In this document: positions 53,010 to 64,000 of the stretch, in pieces | How the letters are laid out: every line of letters starts with the position of its first letter | Numbering within the stretch: position 1 is the first letter of the stretch | Source of the DNA: Anthoceros angustus | Lineage: Eukaryota > Plantae > Anthocerotophyta | Length of the DNA: 64,000 nucleotides | Direction of reading: 5' to 3' | Assembly: GCA_010909165.1 (NCBI GenBank) | Contig: MU008171.1 | Span: forward strand, 124,001 to 188,000 | Notes under the pieces: model-generated | What the model was told of the DNA's origin: nothing | What the model saw: only the letters and a program-made list of their open reading frames with translations | Database searches by the model: none | Translations under genes and position numbers: made by a program

Positions 53010-54579
53010 ATGGATTATGGGGTGATCTTTTGTGAGGGTAACCGCTTTGGAATTGGGAAACGCATTCGGCAAGAACAATTTGTAACCACACACATGGGTG
53101 AGCTCTGAATTTAGTACTATTTTTATAGTTAATAATATAGGTTTTATTATTAAACATCATTATTAATTTTTTCTTTTTGCAGGACTAGATATAAAAGGGC
53201 AAAAATTAGTCACAATTAGAATCATTAATAATAGAGATTATTTTTTGAAAGAAAAATCGTTTTACCAGCTCTTAAGGGAATCATTTTTTGGTATTCCGTA
53301 CATAATAGCAGCCCAGGCTGATGTTTCATTCAAGGAAAATTACCTAGATGTTATTGTATTAGAACTTGTGGAGAGAAGCAATCTTGGAGATGTTCATAAT
53401 AGATTATCTTTGAAGACAATTTGTTTATTCATAATTCAAATGGTACAATATCTGCTTATTTAGATTGCATAACATTGTTGTATTGTCGAGCTAGCCTCAT
53501 GCATGGCACATTGTATCTTCATGTGTGTGTCTCATAGATCACCATAGTGCAAGACATGGAGCTATTTGAACTCAATCATGGTAATTTAATGCTCGAGAAT
53601 TTCGCAGTGGGTTCCAAGGAGAATGCCACAGAGGATTCCACTGCTAAGGTTGGTGTGGTGATTTTAGTTTCATTGATTCCACTGCTAAGGTTGGTGTGGT
53701 GATTTTAGTTTCATTGATACTACACCGTATGAACATAAAAACAGCTATCCTTCATAAAATTCTTCCTATCCATTTTTCATACTCACGGTGAATTGCTCAA
53801 ATCCCAGATTGCACAAAAACACTAGCTAGCAAACCTTGAAGACCATTACTTTGTACTACTCTTATCTAATCTTCTAAAATTTCTAATGGTTTTTCATCAT
53901 AATCTTGTGCAGCTATATATAATGGATTGTGGTCAATCAGAGAAATACACTAGTCTCAATAGGTATGTACAAAAGGTAGAATAGAGAGAAAATTTGTGTT
54001 TCCTGCAACGTTAAACAGCATAAACACCAAGATTTTGTGTAGGAGGTCAAATATAGACCAATTGAAATTTCAAGTAGAAGTCCTCCTATGGATTGCTCTT
54101 TCTCAAGATCGTAATGAACATGAAGTTCAGGTTTGTATTTGTACTACAATGGAGCTTCACACTCTAGTAATTGTTCAAGCACCTTCTAAATATTTACACT
54201 CATGTTGTTGAAGTAATTTCAGGTAATAGTTAGAGCTATGGATAAATGTGATATCCTCGACCGTGATATGCTTTACTATTGTGATAATTTGATATATATC
54301 TTCTATGCTATTTTAAATGATGAAGGTAAACCATCAAATAGTACTTTTAAGATATGTTTGGTTATAAATTATATTAAATAATTATCTATTATGAGTATAA
54401 AATATATTTTGATACTTTAAGATATTTCTAGTTACAAACTATAATAACTAATTAATTAATATGAATGTGAAATAGGTTTCGATGATGTTCCCGACTTGGT
54501 CATTAGAGAAATCGAATGGCAACCACTGCCAAAATCAGTATTAGATGAAATAATTCTAGAAATGGTGAGATGTAGATAA
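53010..54579 (+). CDS. Shortened CK1-derived pseudokinase (7 exons, ~267 aa)
   Basis: Exons 53010-53097, 53183-53442, 53538-53648, 53913-53962, 54043-54130, 54223-54325, 54476-54579 have GT-AG borders and splice in frame. Motifs GIPYI, LSLKTICLFIIQM, HGNLMLENF, LYIMDCG; intron phases equal those of the 10003-11957 gene. Confidence 0.75.
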
Positions 54580-54765
54580 CATAATATATAGTTCATAAAT
54601 ACCTATATAATTACAATATTCACATTCCTGAGTTAATCATAGAGACACGGAAAACAAAGTGATGTAGAACGTGCGAGTTCATATCTTCAAGTCTCCATAG
54701 TTGGCCGCACATTGATTTAGAGTGTGAGATTAGTTTCCCAATTCATATTTAGCTCTTCTTTCTGG

Positions 54766-55730
54766 GAACGAAGTAAACAAGACTCGAAGCCTTGATGGAC
54801 TGGACATCATTTACAGCTTGTATCCTTGTACACACCCAAGTTTCCTATCCTGCTATAGATATGGCGTTATGATCACTCTGCTTTAAGTCCCACTGCCGCG
54901 CGTGCATGCATGCAGGCAACAACATCATACACCCCAACAGCATCAAGTAGGCTGCTATTGCAATCATCCAGGCCTTCCCCAACTTCGTCAGAGAAGCTGT
55001 GGACAAAACGCCCCCGGAAAATCTGGCACCCAGTCTCATCTGGGACGCATGCTCCTTCCCCTTCTTCCCGCAGGTGAAGAATGGCGTGACGGTGGCCGAA
55101 GGTGCTTCCCATCCCATGACCCCGAACCTGGACATGGCATGGCATCATGGCCTGGCATGGAAAAGGCAAAGTTGGCCTTGCACCGAAGAGCTTGTAAACG
55201 AAACAGATGAAGACAGATGAAGGCAGACGTTGCAACAGTTGATGTTCCATTCCTTGAGGAACACTCAAAGAATCCCTGTTAATGTGTGACCAAAAAAGAT
55301 GACAGATGTTCTAGATATGGTGGACAGGCCTGAAAGCGGGAGCTTGAGCAGTATGTTGGTGATCGTTTGCTCAGGCAGGGCCAGCAGCAGGAAAAGGCAT
55401 TCCGAGTGGAGAGGGGGACCTGGATCTGCGATAAGGGCACTCCAGGTGGCAAGATCTTTGTTTTGCATCAACCATGCTCCAGACTTCCCGTACATGTTCA
55501 TCGAACTGTGGGCTACAAGAAGCTGAGAGTGAAGCCGTTCTTCAATCTGAGCCTGCAGCTGCCTGGCCAAATGGAAACCCGCCACATTCCCACATTCCTG
55601 CAGGAGGCACACAAATGTCACTGAATTTGTTACTCATAGCCACTTCTTACATATCACTGTAGACACAAGGGGCTTCCTGGCCTACGCTCTGCTGGGAATA
55701 CCCAGCAATCAGGGCAGTCCATGTACGTCA
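54766..55730 (-). pseudogene. PPR-fragment / F-box-like remnant, copy 2
   Basis: TWTALIAGYSQQ, TFVCLLQECG, MNMYGKSG…DLATWSALIA, then LALPEQTITNILLKLPLS in the same frame. Confidence 0.6.
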
Positions 55731-56240
55731 GCATGTTGTTTTGAGCAACCCCGTCTTTGAGAGTCTACCAAGCTGCCCCGCTTGGCATACTGTGTACCAA
55801 ACTGTTGGCTACAAACACATAAACTTCATGCCCTCGCTCTCTCACCTGCGTATGAAGCTTCTTCCCCGTCTGCTTCCCCATGTTGGTGCTTGCCATTCAG
55901 GCTTCCCTTCAATGTCTGCAGCAAACATATCTTGAGCTAACCGTGCCTGTGGGTCTATAGTGATCATGAGCATCTTAAAGGGCCTGTGAGGAAATCTCCT
56001 CACCAGCACGCTTCGTGCCTGTGAGTCTATAGTGGTCTTGAGCATCTTGAAGGGCCTGTGACGACCACAGTCCCTTCAAGAAACTCACCAACATACTTCA
56101 CGCAGCAGGAACAGCTTCCCATGAGCCACTGGGGTTGGTGGAAGCCATCCATGTCCATGTCTCAGTTTGGACAGGGATGGAGTTAAGCGAGAACTTTACT
56201 CCCAGGCGCACACACTTGAGCACTGACAAATTCTCCCTTC

Positions 56241-59200
56241 TCATGGTCGACCCTTACAACTGCAACAGACATTTGCAAATCGATCCACACCCATCCCTTA
56301 AAACAATCTCTCTCCGTTCAAGCCTTGACATGATCTCCGTGGCACTGTGGCAGTCGCTGCACAAGCGTAGATTCTTTGTTACCACCAGAGGTGTCCCACA
56401 CGGAGCGTTCAAAAGACCAAACGCAAGAGCTAGCTTCTCAGCATGCCCACAAAGCGCATCTTCCTTTTCCTTCTCAGACAGTGGCTTCAACACCAACTTT
56501 GCGTGAAGTACGTGGTCTCCTGACTGCTTCACACGAGCATTGGCGCTCTAAACCTTAATCGCAATATCCTCTCTCCTTTCTCAGATCAATCAAGCAATTG
56601 TAAAGCTCCAGAGTAGGTTTTACGTTACACAGTTCAGCCATGCAATCAAAGTGCTTGTGAACCTCATTCACCAGTCCCTCATATACAGTTCAGCCAGGCA
56701 ATCAAAGTGGATGTGACCCTCATTCACCAGTCCCTCATGATTGCACGCTACTAGAAGGCAAGTAAAAGTAGCACCATCAGGCTGAATGCCGGCAACTAAC
56801 AGCTCCTCGAAACAAGCTCGTGCCTTGTGGCCTTCATCACAAGCATCATACCCAGATATCAGAGCGGTCCATGTCACCACATCCTTTGCGGCCATGCTGT
56901 CAAAGACCTGGTGTGCATCTTTCAGTTCACCACATTTTGCGTTGCGTACATGTCCACCAGACAGTTGCCCACCACTACGTCATCCAGCAGTCCTTTTTCC
57001 ACAATCTGTGAGTGCAGCTGCCTGTCTCTCTGTAGTGCTTGCACAGGCCTTCAGAAGGCAAGCACAAGTAATATTGTCAGCCAAAATCAGCCCCTCCTGC
57101 TCCATTTGTCCATACACGACAAGCGCCTCTTGTCCCAGCCCTTGCCGTGCACACCCAGCAATCAGGGCGCTCCATGTCACCACATACTTGGTGGCCAAGC
57201 TGTCAAAAACCTGGCAAGCATCTTCCAGTTCACCACATTCCGCATACATGTCCACCAGGTAGGTGCCCACCACTACCTTATCCAGCAGTCCTCTTTCGAC
57301 AACCTGTGAGTGCAGTTGCATGCCCTTCTGTAAGGCACCAGTGCTTCCACAGGCCCTCAGAAGGTGAGCAAAAGTAACATGGTCAGCCAAAATGAGGCCC
57401 GCTTCCTCCATTTGTCCATACACAACAAGCGCCTCGTGGCCAAGTCAGGGCATTCCAGGTCACCACATCCTTTGTGGCCATGCTGTCAAAGACCTGGCAT
57501 CCATCTTCCAGTTCACCACATTTTGCATACATGTCCACCAGGCAGTTGACCCACACTACGTCATCCACCAGTCCTCATGATTGCACGCTACTAGAAGGCA
57601 AGTAAAAGTAGCACCATCAGGCTGAATGCCGGCAACTAACAGCTCCTCGAAACAAGCTCGTGCCTTGTGGCCTTCATCACAAGCATCATACCCAGATATC
57701 AGAGCGGTCCATGTCACCACATCCTTTGCGGCCATGCTGTCAAAGACCTGGTGTGCATCTTTCAGTTCACCACATTTTGCGTTGCGTACATGTCCACCAG
57801 ACAGTTGCCCACCACTACGTCATCCAGCAGTCCTTTTCCACAATCTGTGAGTGCAGCTGCCTGTCTCTCTGTAGTGCTTGCACAGGCCTTCAGAAGGCAA
57901 GCACAAGTAATATTGTCAGCCAAAATCAGCCCCTCCTGCTCCATTTGTCCATACACGACAAGCGCCTCTTGTCCCAGCCCTTGCCGTGCACACCCAGCAA
58001 TCAGGGCGCTCCATGTCACCACATACTTGGTGGCCAAGCTGTCAAAAACCTGGCAAGCATCTTCCAGTTCACCACATTCCGCATACATGTCCACCAGGTA
58101 GGTGCCCACCACTACCTTATCCAGCAGTCCTCTTTCGACAACCTGTGAGTGCAGTTGCATGCCCTTCTGTAAGGCACCAGTGCTTCCACAGGCCTCAGAA
58201 GGTGAGCAAAAGTAACATGGTCAGCCAAAATGAGGCCTGCCTCCATTTGTCCATACACAACAAGCGCCTCGTGGCCAAGTCAGGGCATTCCAGGTCACCA
58301 CATCCTTTGTGGCCATGCTGTCAAAGACCTGGCATCCATCTTCCAGTTCACCACATTTTGCATACATGTCCACCAGGCAGTTGACCCACACTACGTCATC
58401 CACCAGTCCTCTTTCAACGATCTGTGACCGCAGCTGCGTGCCCCTCTGTAAGGCACTAGTGCGTGCACAGGCTTTCAGAAGGCAGCAAAAGTAACATCGT
58501 CAGCCAAAATGAGGCCTGCCTCTACCATTTTTCCATACACAAGAAGCGCCTTTTGGCCGAGTCCTTACTGTGCAAAACCAGCACTCAGGACCGTCCATGT
58601 CACCACATCCTTAATGGCCAAGCGGTCAAAAACCTGGCGTGCATCATCCAGTTCACCACTCTTTGCATACATGTCCACCAGGCAGTTGCCCACCACTCTG
58701 TCATCCAGCAGTCCTTCGACAATCTGTGAGTGCAGTTGCATGCCCTTCTGTAAGGCACCAGTGCTTCCACAGGCATTCAGAAGGCACGCAAAAGTAACAT
58801 GGTGAGCCAAAATAAGGCCCTCCTCCTCCATTTTTCCATACACGGCAAGTGCCTCATGGCCAAGTCCTTGCCGCGCATACCCAGCAATTAGGGCATTCCA
58901 TGTCATCACATCCTTTGTGGCCAAGCTCTCAAAAACCTGGCGTGCATCTTTCACTTCGCCACATTTTGCATACATGTCCACCAAGCCGTTGCCCCGTGCT
59001 ACGTTATCCAGAAGCCCTCTTTCAAAGATCTGTGAGTGGAGCTGCCTGCCCTTCTGTAAGGCACCAGTGCTTGCAAAGGCCTTCAGAAGGCAAACAAAAG
59101 TAACATGATTAACCAGAATGAGGCCCGCCTCTTTCATTTTTCCTTACACACAAGCGCCTCTTGGCCGAGTCCTTGCTGTGCATACCCAGCAATCAGGGCA

Positions 59201-59776
59201 TTCCATGTCACCACATCCTTTGTGGCCACGCTGTCAAAACCCTGGCGTGCATCTTCCAGTTCACCACATTTTGCATACATGTCCACCAGGCAGGCACCAA
59301 CAAACAAGTTTGTAGGAATGCCACTCTGCATCGCATCACAGTGCACTGTTTTACCGGATTCCAAGTCGGCGGCAAATGCACAAGCTTGAAGGGCAGCTAC
59401 AAAGACGCGGGCATCCGCCTTCACTCCTGACCTACGCATCTCAAACTGAAGTGCTGAGACGAGCTCATGTTCGGGAAGTCTTCGGACAGGACACAGGGAC
59501 TTGGGGCACCATATCTTGCGCATGTATGCATGTGGAGGTAGGTTACAAGTGGCCATGCATGTGTTCACCAGGGTAGACAAAGCAGATGCCGTAATGTGGT
59601 TTTCCATAATCTCTGCACATGCTGAACATGGGAAAAATGAGGAGGCCATACAACTCTACTTTGTGGATTTTTTGGGCGCAGGTGATACCTATGTCGATGA
59701 GCTCCCTCGCTTTCCAAGACGCGCCTCCCCTTCTGCTGTCGTAGATTTTGGGACTTACTCGAGCTCAGCCCATTGA
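56241..59776 (-). pseudogene. PLS-class PPR RNA-editing factor with DYW:KP (HAE, GRP-terminal) domain, disrupted
   Basis: P-L-S repeats (LVDMYAKCGEL, DVVTWNALIAGYA, TFVCLLKA), E-like TFTCLLVACNHEGLV, LKPLSEKEKEDALCGHAEKLALAFGL…KNLRLCSDCH, and after a frameshift VDRFANVCCSCKGRP* (TGA at 56243-56241). Confidence 0.88.
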
Positions 59777-60304
59777 AGAGATTTGTGTTGTGCAATACAT
59801 GACTGAAAACTACTAGACATATAGATAGTTAATAAAAATAACCTCAAGGTTTTAAATGACCCATCTCATAAAAAATACAGGTAAAGAATAGTTGTCCTGC
59901 TGTACCAGCTTGTTACAACATGGATCTTCCTTAGCAGCAAGAAGATAACTTGTGAGAGAACGATATCCTTGGTATCCTCCTTTGCAAGCACGGATTATAA
60001 CTCAACATCACAGAGTGGACGTAACTCAATACTCCGCAGGTGCCGCACAAAATAGTACATAGAGTGTAGAGTATACAACACTACACTCTGCAGGTACAAA
60101 TCTTCCTTTAGCAGCACGGAGTACAACTCATCGCGGAAAGTGTAATTTGTATGTGTACTATTCCACATATGTAGTTCTCCCCACCTTCGCATTACGGAAT
60201 GTGGCTTTTACACCTTTGTACCACGGAGAGTCATGTACTCTTTGCGCATGCTACAGACAAAGATCTTTTGCATCTACAGATGCATCACATAAAGTTGCTC
60301 TTGC

Positions 60305-60655
60305 TCTTCTGCACATTTGCTCCTCGACATCTATTCTTCTCACATTTGCTTGGCGACACCTCTTCTGCGCACGTTTGCTCCCCTACACCTATTCTCCTCT
60401 GCACGTTTGCTCCTCGACATTGATTCTTCTCCGCATGTTTGCTCCCCAATATGTACTTATTCTCCTCCGCACGTTTGCTCCTCGACATTGATTCTTCTCC
60501 GCACGTTTGCTCCCCAATACCTGTCTGTTTGCTCCTCAATACCTATCTGCTCCGCACCTTTGCTGCTCAATACCTATCTGCTCCACAACTTTGCTCCTCA
60601 ATACCTACCTGCTCTACACGTTTGTTCCTCAATACCTATCTCTTGCACACGTTGA
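60305..60655. repeat. ~30-bp degenerate tandem repeat
   Basis: GCACGTTTGCTCCTCGACATTGATTCTTCTCC and GCTCCTCAATACCTATCT variants. Confidence 0.85.
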
Positions 60656-61431
60656 TCCTGAATTGAGGAGTGATACTTTTCCACACCTGTGCACAACGGA
60701 TTGTAATAATCCGTATTTCAATTCTTTTTAGATAAAATACAACCTGATATTTTATTATAATCTTGATAATTCTATCACATTATTGTATATAATTTAATAT
60801 AACCTCCAATTACTGCAAGCCCTATATACTTAAGATATACTCAGAAACCACTAGGCCAGGGAGATGCATACGCAGTGTGGAGAGAGGTAAGGGCGTCAAC
60901 CTGTCAACCATCACCATGACAAGAGACCCGGCCTTTAAAAATCGTATGTACGTACGTAGGAATTTGCTGGGGCGGCGACCGTCAGTCGTGTGGAAAGCGG
61001 CAGACCGGCGTAATAGCGGGCGACCGTCGTGGCGAAAGTGGACCCAATCCACGTCGACCGGGGCCCACAAGCAGATTCGATCCGACACCGAGTCCGTGCC
61101 TGCTGCGTCAGTGGTGGTAGATGAGGCGAGGGAGCGCGATATGTATCTGGGCAGAGGCGGTGGAGAAGTACATGAAAGGCAAGCAAAGGCAGTGCAATTT
61201 GCCATCAACAGGCCAAAATTGTACGAGTGGGATGGATTGGACTGGGCAGTCACCACCCCGCCTCATGCCAACCCGACGTCACTTCTCGTCTATAATATGT
61301 ACACAAACAAAAGAGGGGAAGTTACCGTACCATGTGGGAAAAGAAAGAATGTTGTCCTCAAGGAATGGGATACTAGTACGTCGATAACAATGATTCACAA
61401 CTTGTGCTATCTGCATTTGCTGGCCTCATCC

Positions 61432-63938
61432 TCAGCTCCTGGCGGATGGAAAGAGGAGAGGTTCGCGTCGTACAGTCGGGGCATGCGATACAGCTTCGAA
61501 GAACTGCGGCAGGGAAGCCACTCTGGGAAGGTGCACCAGCAGATCTCCTGACGACCCATGCTTCCCGCTGCTGCAAGGCAAGGAGACTGCTTCCGTGCCT
61601 CCATAGTGCTTGTTGCCTGTGAAGCTCACGTCTTTCGCTGAAGCCACTATGGTTCCCAACTCCTCGTCAGCCTGGTGGTAGGTGCTTGCTGCGCTGGTGA
61701 AGAGGCCCTCCTGGCTGCTGGTCTCTTCCCCCATGTTGTCCACTAGCAGGCTTCGGGGACATGGCATGTGAAAAGCTTCCTCTGCCAAGACTCCTGACAT
61801 GGAACCAACCGTTGCAGCCAGCAGAAGGGCTTGCTGGTCTAGCATGCCACCCGAGGATGATTCCCCGAGGAGCACAAATCGTAAGTCATCCAGTATTTTG
61901 CGTTCCATGCTTCTCATGTCCATTACCCCTGTGCCCCAGCTCAGAGGAGCGGGCCTGTCATCCCATGCCTCACCAACTGAAGCATCGTACCTCAGGTCCC
62001 GAGACCTGCCCATCATATCCTCTTGCATGTGCAAGTCCTCCGTGTCACTTCCACCGCTTTCGTCCCTCCCATCCATGACTGCCAACCATCGCGACACAAA
62101 AGGAGCCACTTCTAAGAGCTTTTCCGGCGTTTCCTTCCATTACAAGTTGTGACAGGCGAAACCAACAGCACCCACCAAAATCACACCCTACCTGAGGTGG
62201 GCGAGGACAACTCGCTGGAGTTCCCCTCTGCCGCTCTCATTTCGTACCCCGCCTTGTGAGGGAACATAGATGCTTGGCAGTTAAAAAGCACTGTGTCCAT
62301 GTGCCTCTCTGAGACCATTACCAACGGTTGAACATGATGCTGTCCTCCGGAGAAGTTCATGGAGGAGTGACCAGCCACAAGATGTGACTCCTTGATATTC
62401 TGCAACCCATCAACTTGAGTCTCAAAACGGGAAGCAATTCTGGTTGCCAAGGTGCCGTTCACGAGCTGCTTCAGCCTTGGATCGCACTGCACTAGCTTCT
62501 CATAATGTCTATTTAGGATGCCTTCAGGGAATTGTAATTCATGCTTCCTGTAAACCAAGCAACGTACAAACAGAGATGCTGAGCAGCTGTGAAGTGCATT
62601 TCATCTCTCGAGTCAAGAGGAAGCATGCAAGGGGAAACTGAGGCTGACAGCTGAACTGGGCTAACTCACATGCAGACAGTGGCCTCCCCTCCAGTGAAAT
62701 CCGATGTCGCTTGCCACAACGTGTGTTTCCTCGGCTGCGGGTTAATTTCTCTGAAGAACAATGGTGGCCTCGAAACCTGCAACATGCAAGAAACTGGTGT
62801 CAACACACTTCATGCTCCAGTTGCATAGCAGATTCCCTCTTTTCAGTGGACTCGCCACAGAAACAATTCCTACCTCGATCTCAAGCGAGCCGGGAAGATT
62901 GTCTGGACAGCTGGCTCTCATTGCCGAGATGTCGGACCACTGGATCTCAATTTTACTCTTCAATCCCGTGTCCAACACCTCCCACACAAGCTTCCTCTTG
63001 GCGTAGTAGCACTTAGCCACGAGATCCCCTTCGTATCTGGACAGACGCTGGCGACAAAAACCACGACCCCGACAAGAGGGACGTCAGAGAGCCCCAGAAG
63101 CGAAGCCATGAACAAGAAACAAGGGCATGCCCCTAACATACCTCCCAAGACCCGATTTTCAGGCTGGAGGCCGGAAAGTTGGAAGCCTTCAGCTTGTCAT
63201 GCGCAGAGCCGGTAGGCGCGAGGCATCTGCCAAGCCTGTTCCTGGGAAGACCGGAAGCAGCGCCATCGGCGCCGCTGCCACCAGCGTCGCAGTCGAAACC
63301 TTGCGTCAGCTTCATGGAAATAAGATCCAGGAGAGACGGCGTCTTCTTGAGCCTCAACCCCAACGGACTGGGCTCGTCCAGCGGGTTGTCTGCCGGCGGG
63401 AGGGGATGCTGAGCCTCCAATTTGCACGCGCGGACGGGGTGCTCGGAGGACGCGAGCCCCGGGCTGGCAATGGCCACATAGCTGGTTGGAGGCCCCATCT
63501 GGCGGTGAAGCCACAACGAAAGCAGCTTCAGCCAGCCGCGAACACAAGATCCCCTAATCTCACAAGCAAGCACAAGCCAAGCCCGAACCGCCCAAGGAAA
63601 ACAAGGAGAACCACGGACGGGAGCCGCACCTCGTCTGGCCCAGACGGACCAGTGTCGAACATCTTGCGCTTCCGGCTGAGCATGACGAAGTCGTGGGCAT
63701 GAGGATGCCCGGACAGATCGAGGTCCAGACCCATGTCATCTCCGGGGAAGGAGTGCTCCACCTTGGGAATTCTGAGATGTGGCAGGATGCAAGCTGGAGG
63801 CACGGGAGCACAGGCGGCGCTGCCTGATTGCGGGGTGTGGCGACTAGGGAACTGGAATAGTCCGTGCCCGTCCGCTACTCCTACTGTACTGCCCCCACCG
63901 TATTGCGAGGCTGCCGACGAGAGGGTGAAGGCCACCAT
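61432..63938 (-). CDS. ASG1/At2g24100-like conserved plant protein (PH-like domain), multi-exon; start uncertain
   Basis: DEPSPLGLRLKKTPSLLDLI, KLKASNFPASSLKIGSWE, SRYEGDLVAKCYYAKRKLVWEVL..GLKSKIEIQWSDI, FFREINPQPRKHTLWQATSDFT, HYEKLVQCD, LPRVASLPQF. Confidence 0.88.
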
Positions 63939-64000
63939 CGCTTTAGCCTCCTGAGCTCCTACAGCAGCTCGACTATGCACACTCCTGCTTCTACTCCTAC

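Noticed and set aside
53634-53717. Duplicated splice donor creating an alternative mini-CK1 isoform
   Set aside because: The 41-bp period would shift the frame; likely a neutral intronic duplication.
60877-61551. 224-aa plus-strand ORF
   Set aside because: Antisense to the 3' end and UTR of the ASG1-like gene, with no recognisable domain.

Overview
Eukaryotic land-plant nuclear DNA with compact genes and short introns. It is most likely a hornwort such as Anthoceros; this is inferred from a PPR gene with an HAE/GRP-type DYW:KP domain. Conserved genes: V-ATPase subunit d and succinyl-CoA ligase alpha (head-to-head), a Rubisco small subunit gene, a small conserved plant protein, an ASG1/At2g24100-like gene and two U1 snRNA genes. 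The centre is a nested transposon stack: a 26.7-kb CACTA element (30-bp TIRs, AAA target duplication) inserted into an RTEX-like LINE. The LINE itself sits in one unit of an old ~2.5-kb tandem duplication made of U1 plus a PPR/F-box remnant. Most notable observations: (1) two AT-rich, highly diverged 7-exon 'mini-CK1' genes with intact spliced frames and identical intron phases that both lack the activation segment, one being a complete pseudokinase; (2) an 88-codon in-frame open extension with a GS linker directly after the RBCS stop; (3) a GRP-type PPR gene broken by a micro-inversion and an 840-bp duplication; (4) a divergent intronless PLATZ gene. Many 1-2 bp frameshifts in repeats could be long-read assembly errors. 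Gene models and family assignments were made by eye and from recall; none was computed or searched.
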